From assembly GCA_963977675.1 (NCBI GenBank), contig CAXBPY010000003.1:9216-73215 (forward strand): a stretch of 64,000 nt of DNA. The letters run 5' to 3'. Positions within the stretch are counted from its first letter, which is position 1. Each line of letters begins with the position of its first letter. The notes under the pieces were generated by a model, which saw only the letters and a list, made by a program, of their open reading frames with translations, did no database searches and was not told the DNA's origin. Source of the DNA: an uncultured bacterium (GTDB taxonomy: Bacteria > Bacteroidota > Bacteroidia > Chitinophagales > UBA10324). This document shows positions 53,493 through 61,848 of this stretch, piece after piece. A program made the translations under genes and the position numbers.

Positions 53493-54242
53493 ATGAAATT
53501 GTTCCAAGAAATTCTTCTCTCGCTTTACCGCATCTATGCAATCCTTCTCTTCATTATATTGATGATTTTATTTCTTCCGTTCATGCTTATTGCTGCGTTG
53601 TTCGGAATTTATGTTGGAGGAAATATTATTTTCTTTCTGATAAGATTGTGGGCGCGCTTGTGGTATTTCTTCTGCGGATTGAGACACGAAGTGAAAGGAA
53701 AAATTCCGAAGCAGGGAACTTCATTTATCTATGTTGCAAATCATGACAGTTATCTCGATGCGCCGGTTACCATGCTTACGCTACGCGGACAGTTTCGCGC
53801 GCTTGGCAAGGAAGAGATGCGCCGCATTCCGCTCTTCGGATGGATTTACAGATACGGAGTAATTTGGGTGGACAGAAGTGATAAAGAAAACCGAGCGAAG
53901 AGTGTTCGTGTTTTAAAGAGAGTGCTGGAGAAAAAGATCAGCATCATGATTTTTCCGGAAGGAACATTCAACTACACAGAGAATGCAATGAACAAGTTTT
54001 ATGATGGCGCCTTCCGAATTGCCATTGAATCACAAACTCCGATTGTGCCGGTTGTTTTTCATGGAGTGAAAAATATTTTGCCACGCGATTCTTTCTTTAA
54101 ACTCACACCCGGAAAATCAACAGCAGTGTATCTCGATAAGGTAGCAGTGAACGGATTGGCAACAGATGATATTCCAATGCTGAGAGATAAAGTTTATTCA
54201 ATGATGGAAAATGAAATTCTGAGAGAGAAGGAAGAAGGATGA
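53493..54242 (+). CDS. plsC: 1-acyl-sn-glycerol-3-phosphate acyltransferase (LPLAT family)
   Basis: VANHDSYLDAP is the HX4D motif. FPEGTFNY is also present, and the N-terminal TM anchor starts at MKLFQEILLSLYRIYAILLF (ATG 53493). The track start at 53445 lies inside the heptamer tract. Confidence 0.85.
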   Translation: MKLFQEILLSLYRIYAILLFIILMILFLPFMLIAALFGIYVGGNIIFFLIRLWARLWYFFCGLRHEVKGKIPKQGTSFIYVANHDSYLDAPVTMLTLRGQFRALGKEEMRRIPLFGWIYRYGVIWVDRSDKENRAKSVRVLKRVLEKKISIMIFPEGTFNYTENAMNKFYDGAFRIAIESQTPIVPVVFHGVKNILPRDSFFKLTPGKSTAVYLDKVAVNGLATDDIPMLRDKVYSMMENEILREKEEG

Positions 54243-54261
54243 GGGATGAAAGATGAATCGC
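54227..54261. repeat. heptamer tract (GAAGGAA GAAGGAT GAGGGAT GAAAGAT GAATCGC) spanning the plsC stop codon
   Basis: GAT recurs at 54238, 54245 and 54252. The stop TGA is at 54240-54242. Confidence 0.7.
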
Positions 54262-54296
54262 AACTCAAAAAAAATTAAGCAATTAAACACAACTTC

Positions 54297-54644
54297 ATGA
54301 TAATTTCTTTGGAGCAAATAAAATTTCACTCGCCACTTGGCTGGTACGACGAAGAACAAATTCTTGGTTCTGACATCACCGTAGATATTGAAGTTGAAAT
54401 CTCCAAAGCAAAACATCACGACAACTTATCTGAAACCATTAACTACGAATCACTCTATGAAATTATTTCTTCAGTAGTGAAGAAGCCAGCGAAGCTGATT
54501 GAAACTTATGCCGAAGAAATTACTGCAAATGTTTTTTCGAAACACTCGCCACTTCATGTTAAAGTGAAAGTGTGCAAACTCAATCCGCCACTTAGCGGCG
54601 AGGTGAAAGCTGCGTGTGTTTCATTGGAGAAATCACTGGCCTAA
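54297..54644 (+). CDS. folB: dihydroneopterin aldolase
   Basis: The 115-aa protein contains LGWYDEEQILGSDITVDIEV and INYESLYEII, which resemble FolB motifs. Confidence 0.75.
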   Translation: MIISLEQIKFHSPLGWYDEEQILGSDITVDIEVEISKAKHHDNLSETINYESLYEIISSVVKKPAKLIETYAEEITANVFSKHSPLHVKVKVCKLNPPLSGEVKAACVSLEKSLA

Positions 54645-54846
54645 CTTGCTCTTCAGCATTTCAAATTAATCAGGATTAATATTGAATCCGAGGTAATGCA
54701 GGTGAGTTAATGCACAAACAGCTGCAATAATTCTTTTGTTAAATTTTTGCGATTAACTTTTGATTTTGATCCGCATCAGCAGAATTAATTAGTGCTTAAG
54801 ATTTAACAGCGCGATCGAGAATTAGCTGGCAGCTGCGCTTTAATTT

Positions 54847-55329
54847 TTAATTACTATAAAAAAATATTGCCCCATCATTACTCCCATCATTTATTTTTCC
54901 TTTAAAAGTTTCATCCATCACAACCTTATATCTTGATGAAAATTTCTTTTGCTTTAAATACCTTGCCGATATTTCAACAGAGCCATCTATCCTAATTTTA
55001 ATTTTCACATAGTTGAAAACATATCCGTATTTCGGGTGATTGATTAATACGGTTTGAGAGGTTGTAACAAACGATGGAATTTTTCCTTTGAACACACTGC
55101 TGTCAAAATATTCGTAAGTATCGAATTTCATTCCGCCAATGGCATCCGGAGATTTGTCTTCTTTCACTCCTTCGGAATACAATTCGCATTTGCCATAATG
55201 AATAACTGCACGAACATCCTTTCCTGCTTTCAATGCATTCATCAACTGGTCAAAATTTTTGAGCTGAGTTTGAGCATAAATGCTGATTGTAAAAAATAAT
55301 AAAGCAGATGTTAAAATTAATTTCTTCAT
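54847..55329 (-). CDS. hypothetical secreted protein
   Basis: Signal peptide LLFFTISIYAQ. I recognise no family. The gene is divergent from the CarH-like regulator. Confidence 0.55.
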   Translation of the reverse strand: MKKLILTSALLFFTISIYAQTQLKNFDQLMNALKAGKDVRAVIHYGKCELYSEGVKEDKSPDAIGGMKFDTYEYFDSSVFKGKIPSFVTTSQTVLINHPKYGYVFNYVKIKIRIDGSVEISARYLKQKKFSSRYKVVMDETFKGKINDGSNDGAIFFYSN

Positions 55330-55641
55330 AAGAGCGAATTTAATTTAAGAAGTCAGCAAGTTGCGCTGCAAAAATTAATTAAGTATTTATTGAGTTTTGT
55401 TTTTGTGTATCGCATTTTGCAACTCAGGATATCAGGCTGTATGCTTTCAGAAGGAGCCCACAACAGAAACCTGATTGGAATGACTGATTGTTGACGAATA
55501 ATTATGTTCAGTACTCAATTGATTTGAATATACTTTTTGCAATTCTTTTTTATATGAGAAATATGTTTTTATCCTCCTTGTTTTTTCCTAGTTAGTATCT
55601 GGACTCTTTTTCTGAATCTGATAGGATGTAAGAGTGCACAT

Positions 55642-55657
55642 TATCATTTAAATGATA
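55642..55657. promoter_or_regulatory. perfect 16-bp palindrome TATCATTTAAATGATA upstream of the CarH-like gene
   Basis: The palindrome was read directly. It is flanked by GTGCAC.../...TGCACAC and lies 70 nt upstream of the ATG at 55727. Confidence 0.4.
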
Positions 55658-55697
55658 CTGCACACGCTTATTAATTTTGTTTATCATATTTATAAAT

Positions 55698-55708
55698 ATG
55701 TTAAACAT
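55698..55708. promoter_or_regulatory. palindrome ATGTTAAACAT, a candidate operator
   Basis: The palindrome is perfect around a central A and lies 19 nt upstream of the regulator's ATG. The same TGTTAAACA core recurs at 56671-56702. Confidence 0.45.
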
Positions 55709-55726
55709 ATTGCCATATTTGCAATT

Positions 55727-56617
55727 ATGAAATTACGAGCAAACTTTTCAATAAAAGATTTAGAAAAACTTTCTGGAATAAAAGCACACACACTGCGCAT
55801 ATGGGAAAAACGATATGCATTGTTTGAACCTGATCGTACGGACACTAATATCAGATTCTACTCCAATGAAGATCTTAAAAGAATTCTAAACATCAGCATT
55901 CTTAATAAAAATGGTATAAAGATTTCGAAGATAGCCAGAATGAATGATTCAGAAATTATGAGTAAAGTTTCTGAAATAAATATGGTTCGCACGGAGAACG
56001 AAGACCTAATTGACAACCTTTTAATCGGAATGATTGATATGAACGAATCATTCTTTGAGAAAATTTTTTCGACCAGCATACTCCGAATTGGTTTTGAAAA
56101 TACAATTCATAAAGTGATTTTTCCATTTTTCCAGCGAATTGGTGTAATGTGGTCAACCGGGGGAATTAATCCGGCTCAAGAGCACTTTGTCTCTAATATG
56201 GTAAGGCAAAAACTAATTGTGGCTATTGATGGGTTAAAAAATCCTGATGAAGAAAACAATGGAACAATTTTGCTTTTCCTACCTGACAATGAGCTACACG
56301 AAATGAGTCTTTTATTATATAACTATGCGCTTAAATCAAGACGCTTTAAAACAGTATATCTTGGCCAATCAGTTCCATTAGATACGATTGAAAAGGTTGC
56401 AGAAATCGTTAAGCCTGATTTTATTCTTTCTGTGGCAACCATTCCTTTCCCAAAAAATTATCTTGATAAATTTTTGATTACACTTGGGAATATTTCAGGA
56501 GTTAAAACAATTTTTTTGTCAGGCAAAGCAATTCTTAATTATAAAAAGAAATTTCCATCAGGCTTTAAAGTATTTAAGGACCTTCAAGAATTGCTGAACC
56601 TGATAACTTCCAAATAG
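55727..56617 (+). CDS. MerR family transcriptional regulator with a CarH/LitR-type cobalamin-binding domain (putative B12-dependent photoreceptor)
   Basis: From the ATG at 55727 the MerR HTH reads FSIKDLEKLSGIKAHTLRIWEKRYALFEPDRTDTNIRFYSNEDL. The Wx9EH motif is WSTGGINPAQEH. The B12 lower-ligand motif LPDNELHEMSLLL aligns with the GExHExG of CarH. Confidence 0.8.
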   Translation: MKLRANFSIKDLEKLSGIKAHTLRIWEKRYALFEPDRTDTNIRFYSNEDLKRILNISILNKNGIKISKIARMNDSEIMSKVSEINMVRTENEDLIDNLLIGMIDMNESFFEKIFSTSILRIGFENTIHKVIFPFFQRIGVMWSTGGINPAQEHFVSNMVRQKLIVAIDGLKNPDEENNGTILLFLPDNELHEMSLLLYNYALKSRRFKTVYLGQSVPLDTIEKVAEIVKPDFILSVATIPFPKNYLDKFLITLGNISGVKTIFLSGKAILNYKKKFPSGFKVFKDLQELLNLITSK

Positions 56618-56659
56618 CGTTTTAAAAAAAAATATTTTGAATCTCATGGATTTATGTGT

Positions 56660-56702
56660 GTTAAAATATATTGTTTAACATTTTAATATAAAAGTTAAAC
56701 AA
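56660..56702. promoter_or_regulatory. cluster of GTTAAAC/GTTTAAC half-sites, including the inverted repeat TTGTTTAAC-N14-GTTAAACAA
   Basis: GTTAAAA starts at 56660, TTGTTTAAC spans 56671-56679 and GTTAAACAA spans 56694-56702. The cluster lies 73-115 nt upstream of the DUF4397 gene. Confidence 0.45.
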
Positions 56703-56774
56703 AATATAATTCGTTTTCATCACAGAATATTCCGGCAACAGGGAAACTGAAGAATAAAAACAAATAAAAAAAAC

Positions 56775-57794
56775 ATGAAAAAAATTTTTCTTTCCGCTGC
56801 AATCATGATGACGGCCATCTTAGCAGCAAGCAACACAAATGCTCAGACTGCCGAATTGCAAGTAATTCATAACGCCGCTGATCCTGCAGCTGCAACCGTT
56901 GATGTTTATGTGAACGGAGCTTTAACACTCGATGATTTTGCCTTCCGAACGGCAACATCATTTCTTCCTGTACCTGCAGGAGTACTATTAAATATTGGAG
57001 TAGCTCCTGCAAGCAGTACTTCAGTAAACGACACCTTGAAAAATTTTCAAGTCACTCTGGCGAGCGGCAACAGGTATGTTGCAATTGCTAATGGGGTAGT
57101 AAACCCAGCAAATTTTGCTTCCAATCCTGATGGAGCCAGCACTGCTTTTACTTTATTTCTTCAGGACAACATTCAAAACATGGCCTCTGACATGTCGAAT
57201 GTTGATTTTATAGCCATGCATGGTTCAACAGATGCGCCAACAGTAGATGTGATAGCCCGTAATGTGGCCACGCTTGTTAATGATGCATCTTATGGCGACA
57301 TCACCTCATACTTGTCAGTACCGGCTGCGGATTACATTCTTGATGTAACGCCTGCTGCGGGAAGTCCCATTGTAGCCTCTTTCGCAGCTAACCTTAGTTC
57401 ACTTGGCGGAGGTTCAGCAGTAGTTTTTGCTTCCGGGTTTTTAAATCCTGCTGCGAATCAAAACGGCCCTGCCTTTGGTCTGTTTGCTGCTTTAGCAAAT
57501 GGAACTGTGGTTGCTTTTTCTAATTTCACAGGAGTAAATGAAATTGAGACAAAAAACAACTTCCGAATTTTTCCAAATCCTGCTAATGATATTCTTAACT
57601 TTCAGTTTTCTGATAACTCATCGGTAGATGAAATTTCGATTATTGATGCAGTTGGAAAAAAAGTGATGTCCATTTCAAACTCATCTGTTGAATTAAACAA
57701 AGGAATAAATATTTCCTCCTTGCAAAGCGGAATTTATTCAATCAATGTTCTAAGCAAAAACTCTTTTACAACTCAAAAATTGATTATTCAATAA
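56775..57794 (+). CDS. DUF4397 domain protein with a T9SS C-terminal sorting domain
   Basis: Signal peptide AILAASNTNAQ. LQVIHNAADPAAATVDVYVNG and a second MHGSTDAPTVDVIARN are typical DUF4397 repeats. The C-terminal IFPNPANDILNFQF...GIYSINVL...KLIIQ is a T9SS CTD. Confidence 0.8.
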   Translation: MKKIFLSAAIMMTAILAASNTNAQTAELQVIHNAADPAAATVDVYVNGALTLDDFAFRTATSFLPVPAGVLLNIGVAPASSTSVNDTLKNFQVTLASGNRYVAIANGVVNPANFASNPDGASTAFTLFLQDNIQNMASDMSNVDFIAMHGSTDAPTVDVIARNVATLVNDASYGDITSYLSVPAADYILDVTPAAGSPIVASFAANLSSLGGGSAVVFASGFLNPAANQNGPAFGLFAALANGTVVAFSNFTGVNEIETKNNFRIFPNPANDILNFQFSDNSSVDEISIIDAVGKKVMSISNSSVELNKGINISSLQSGIYSINVLSKNSFTTQKLIIQ

Positions 57795-57814
57795 GTTTCA
57801 AGTTATGCTGATTA

Positions 57815-57856
57815 AAGAATTTTTTCACACCTGGTGTGAAAACATTCTTTTTTTTT
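57815..57856 (+). terminator. rho-independent terminator
   Basis: The inner stem pairs TTTCACAC with GTGTGAAA and the outer stem pairs AAGAAT with ATTCTT. A run of nine T (57848-57856) follows. Confidence 0.75.
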
Positions 57857-58200
57857 AAATGATATTCAATGAATGTTTCGTTCATTTTACTCAGATAATT
57901 AGTTGTAATCAGAATTACGAATTGTATTTAAGTGCTGGCCACGGTTAAGACGCAATCTGGTTAGGATAGCCTAAAGAAACTGAAACCCTATAATACGACT
58001 GGTTGATGCAGCCCATTGCATAACCGAAAGTTCTTTCTCAATGATTACAATTCTAAGCCTTGTTTATAGCTCGCCCTATGTCGAAAATTTTATTAGGCTA
58101 AAAGAATAAATTGAATGATGATAACTTTTGAACTAATTCCTTGCCATAGTAAAAGTCAATAAATAGAACCTTTAAGCGAAGCAATTATTAAAAGAATAAA

Positions 58201-60168
58201 TCATTTACTCTCTCTCAGCAGTTTCTGCTTTAGCATTTCAAAATATGCCGGATTGATATTGAACCCGAGTTGCTGTGCGCGTGTGGCATCATCAATTGCC
58301 GCCTGAAAATTATTCTGTGCAAATTCAATGTCAGCGCGTGTTGCATAGAGTGAACCATCATTTTCATAGGCAGAAATTGCATAGTTGATATCGCTGAGCG
58401 CTGCATCGTAATGATGAAAAGCCAGGTTGCTGCGAGCGCGGTTTTTGTAACAGTCAGCATAGGTGGGTTCAATTTCAATAGCGCGGTTGTAACACATCAA
58501 CGCGCTGTCGGTTTTCCCTTGCATGTCGAGCAGGTTTCCGAGATTGCTGTAAGCATGTGAATTGTTAGGCTCGGCTATCAACACCAATTTAAAATCACGA
58601 TAAGCGGAATCATACTTCCCTGCAATGCTGAGTGCAATGCCGCGGTTCATGTGCGCTCCCGGATAATCGGGATTGTATTGCAATGCGTGTGTGCAATCGT
58701 TAATTGCTTGCTGTGTGTTTCCTTTCACTCTGAAAATATCAGAACGGTTGATGAGTGCTTCAGGATATTTCGGTTGCAGGCGAATTGCTTCGTTGAATTC
58801 ATTGAGCGCTTCTTCAAGCCGATTGTTCTTTTGGTAATAACTTCCGAGATTGTTGTGAGCAACTGGAGCATATTCATACTTCTTAATTGTGTCGAGCCAA
58901 AGTGTTTCAGAATTTTTCCAGACAGCAATGCGATCATAAGCAAGAACTGATTGTGTGATGATGAGCACAACAACCGCCAGATAAAAAACTTGCTTCATCA
59001 TTCCTGATGAAAATCTTTTTGAAAATTCTGATGAAGCATAAGCAATGAGAATAAATAATCCGATGTAGGCAAGATAAGTGTAGCGGTCTGCCATGATTGC
59101 CGCACCAACGGGAAGTATCTGAAGAATGAGCGCAACATTCACTAAAAAAAATCCAAGACCGAAAATCACAACTCTGTTTGTCCTGAATTTCCAAAACACA
59201 ATTGCTGCAATAAGTAAAAGCAAAACCGGTGAACACCATATCAGCCAACTGTAACCCATTCCCTTTAATGGATAAGGATAGAACGCAGAGAGCGGAGATG
59301 GAAAAATTGCTTTGTAGAAATAACTGAAGAGCGAGTAAGCAGCGAACAACATCTTCTCATAAAAATTATAGTATGGAATATCAGCTATGGATTTACTCAT
59401 TGCTTGCGCTTTCACAGCAAGCAATCCAAACACAATTGACAAAACGAAGAATGGAATTTTCTCAATAAGAGTTTTCCATTTCCACTCGCGCTTTTGCAGG
59501 TAATCAATTCCAAGCAACACAACAGGAAGCGTGACTGCCTGACCTTTTGATAAGAGTGAAAGAAGAAATGTGAAAAGGCAAAGTGAGTAAGTCAACACTG
59601 AATTCATTTTTGAATTCATCAAGTAAAAAATCAAACTCAATAAATAGAAGCACACATACATCACATCCTTGCGCTCTGAAATCCAAGCGACCGATTCAGT
59701 GTGCGCAGGATGAACGGCAAACAGTGCTGCCACAATAGCCGCTGCCCATGCAGATTCCAGCAGAAGCAAAATGAAAAAGAAAACAAGCGCGGTGTTGAGT
59801 AAATGAAAGATTACTGCGGTGCGATGAAATCCTTTTGCATCATCACCATACATTTTCCAATCAAGCGCAAGCGAAATCATCGGCAGCGGATGATAGTTTC
59901 CCATTTCCTGATGATTAGGATTAAATAAAGTTTTTAGTGTTTCGGCATTCAGATTTTGAGTGAGCGGATTTTCGAGAACATAACCCCGGTCATCCCAATT
60001 GGTCCACTCATTTTCAAGAGCAGGATAGTAAATGAAGAGCGTGAGAGCAAGAACTCCGGCAAGCAAAAACCATTTTAGAATTCCTGGCTGATTTTTTTTC
60101 TCCTGCGATTTCACAGCAGCTTCATCAGCTTTTTTTGAAAGAGTTTTTTTCTTCAGAGTTTTTTTCAT
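58201..60168 (-). CDS. multi-pass membrane protein with a C-terminal TPR array (GT-C fold, PMT/TMTC-like putative glycosyltransferase)
   Basis: There are about 10 hydrophobic helices. A WDD motif (ENEWTNWDDRGYVLENP) follows the first TM helix, as in PMT/TMTC/ArnT-type enzymes. The C-terminal ~230 aa consist of TPR units (AHNNLGSYYQKNNRLEEALNEFNEAIRLQP, etc.). Confidence 0.7.
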   Translation of the reverse strand: MKKTLKKKTLSKKADEAAVKSQEKKNQPGILKWFLLAGVLALTLFIYYPALENEWTNWDDRGYVLENPLTQNLNAETLKTLFNPNHQEMGNYHPLPMISLALDWKMYGDDAKGFHRTAVIFHLLNTALVFFFILLLLESAWAAAIVAALFAVHPAHTESVAWISERKDVMYVCFYLLSLIFYLMNSKMNSVLTYSLCLFTFLLSLLSKGQAVTLPVVLLGIDYLQKREWKWKTLIEKIPFFVLSIVFGLLAVKAQAMSKSIADIPYYNFYEKMLFAAYSLFSYFYKAIFPSPLSAFYPYPLKGMGYSWLIWCSPVLLLLIAAIVFWKFRTNRVVIFGLGFFLVNVALILQILPVGAAIMADRYTYLAYIGLFILIAYASSEFSKRFSSGMMKQVFYLAVVVLIITQSVLAYDRIAVWKNSETLWLDTIKKYEYAPVAHNNLGSYYQKNNRLEEALNEFNEAIRLQPKYPEALINRSDIFRVKGNTQQAINDCTHALQYNPDYPGAHMNRGIALSIAGKYDSAYRDFKLVLIAEPNNSHAYSNLGNLLDMQGKTDSALMCYNRAIEIEPTYADCYKNRARSNLAFHHYDAALSDINYAISAYENDGSLYATRADIEFAQNNFQAAIDDATRAQQLGFNINPAYFEMLKQKLLRESK

Positions 60169-60190
60169 TTAGAATAATCTATTCGGTTTT

Positions 60191-60739
60191 TCAATATTCT
60201 TTCTTCGAATAAAAAATGTTGTAACTGTAACCGGTTTGCGGCTCTAAACTGTTACAGAAATAATTACCTGAAACTAAAAAATATTTTTCTTCAAAAGGTT
60301 CCTCAACCGAAACGCAGTATCCTAAAGATGGAGAGTAGTTTGAATTTTGAATAACCAGAGGATTGAATTCACTGTATTCTCGTTCTGTCACTTTGAGAAA
60401 AAGAGTATCTCCTTCAATTCTCCATGAACCAAATTCTACTTGATGAAACATTGTCGTCCAGCTATCTTCTTTACTGCTGCTTACTTCGCGGGCAAAATCA
60501 CCGTAACGATATAATTCTAATTCATAATAAGTCACCTCATCTGAAATCGGAACAACTTCAACATCGGTTCCATCCGACATCGTGTAGTGTTCAAATGAAT
60601 ATGAATGAGTGTAGGAATATTTTCCGTGAAAAACTTTTCGCAGACTGTCTTGCTTAACTTCTTTCGATTGTTGCGCTCTTGAACTGAAAGCAGTGATGAG
60701 TAAGAATAAGAATGGAAAAAATGTTTTATGATTCATCAT
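60191..60739 (-). CDS. hypothetical secreted protein
   Basis: Signal peptide FLFLLITAFSSRAQ. I recognise no family. Confidence 0.5.
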   Translation of the reverse strand: MMNHKTFFPFLFLLITAFSSRAQQSKEVKQDSLRKVFHGKYSYTHSYSFEHYTMSDGTDVEVVPISDEVTYYELELYRYGDFAREVSSSKEDSWTTMFHQVEFGSWRIEGDTLFLKVTEREYSEFNPLVIQNSNYSPSLGYCVSVEEPFEEKYFLVSGNYFCNSLEPQTGYSYNIFYSKKEY

Positions 60740-60792
60740 TTGTTATTGCGAAAATAATTTTCTGATTTTCTTTACCTCATTAAATCACAAAC

Positions 60793-61771
60793 ATGAAATC
60801 AAGATTTACAATTTCTCTTCTCGCACTCTCTTTATTTTTTATTCGCTCCGCTGCACAGTCTTCATCTGAAAATGTGAGCTTCGATAATTACACCAGTGCA
60901 AGTGACAATGATTTGGTCAACTGGTTTTCGGGTGGAAATGGCTTAACTCAAATTACTTCAAATGGAATCACGGGCGGTTGCTTAACTACTCCTGATTCCA
61001 TTTCATGGGGAAACGACAACGCAAATTATTGTTTCAAATATGTTGCAGGCACGCCGAATGCAACAAGTGTTTGTTTTAAGTATGACACTGCAATGACTTC
61101 GCTTCCGAGTTATGCTCGTTGCGCAACTATCTGGCTGGCGCCTCAGGCAGATTGGAATCACTACATCGTGGCTTCTGTTTCCCCATCAGAAGAAAATGGA
61201 AGTGATTTCTTATTCGTGGATTGATAACAACGGACCAACGCTGAATCTTGTTCAGGGAAATTGGTATCAGCTTTCATTGAATACAAATTATGGTTCTTCT
61301 GATTCAGTTTATATTCATTCGGAATTGAATGACCTTGGGGCTAATGGTCTCGGCGCTCCAACACTTGTTGGTCAATCAACAGGAGCAATCATTGACAATG
61401 TTTTTGCGATTGACACTTCCATTCAAATCGGAATCAGTGGCTCTCATAAAGGCGGCGCATTGTATCTGGATAATTTTTCTTTCGGCGGAAAGAAGGGTTC
61501 TGACTCATGTTCTTACAGCAGTCAACTGAATGGTGTAAATGATTTACAGCAATCAGCTGATTGGAATTTCTACTCTGATAATTCTGTGATTCATCTTTCA
61601 AATTCTTCTTCTTTGAATATTGAAATCATCAACCTCACCGGAGAAATTATTTTCACAGTAAAAGTGAATCAGGATTTTTCTTACAACACTTCACGGCTTC
61701 CTGCGGGAATTTATTTTTTGAAACTGGAATCAAGTAATAAAAACATGGTCAGAAAGTTTGTGGTGAATTAG
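60793..61771 (+). pseudogene. T9SS cargo gene split by a +1 frameshift (signal-peptide half 60793..61224, CTD half 61112..61771)
   Basis: ORF1 carries the signal peptide (LALSLFFIRSAAQ) and stops at 61224. The overlapping ORF2, in the +1 frame, carries the T9SS CTD (LPAGIYFLKLESSNKNMVRKFVVN) but has no signal peptide of its own. The frames can be joined near the A4 run at 61193-61196. Confidence 0.55.
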
Positions 61772-61848
61772 AAAACACTTTCCATTTCTATGTGAATTCT
61801 TCGGGGCATCTCATTTGGTTGTGAAATTATTTTCACAAAAAACTTTTA

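Noticed and set aside
57931-58030. The GC-richer intergenic segment considered as a cobalamin riboswitch (given the nearby B12 regulator) or as RNase P or SRP RNA
   Set aside because: It has no B12-box-like GCCACUG in the right context and no GGGAA or AGYC elements. It also lacks the GAGGAAAGUCC of RNase P and any SRP domain IV motif. It lies downstream of both flanking genes rather than in a 5' leader.
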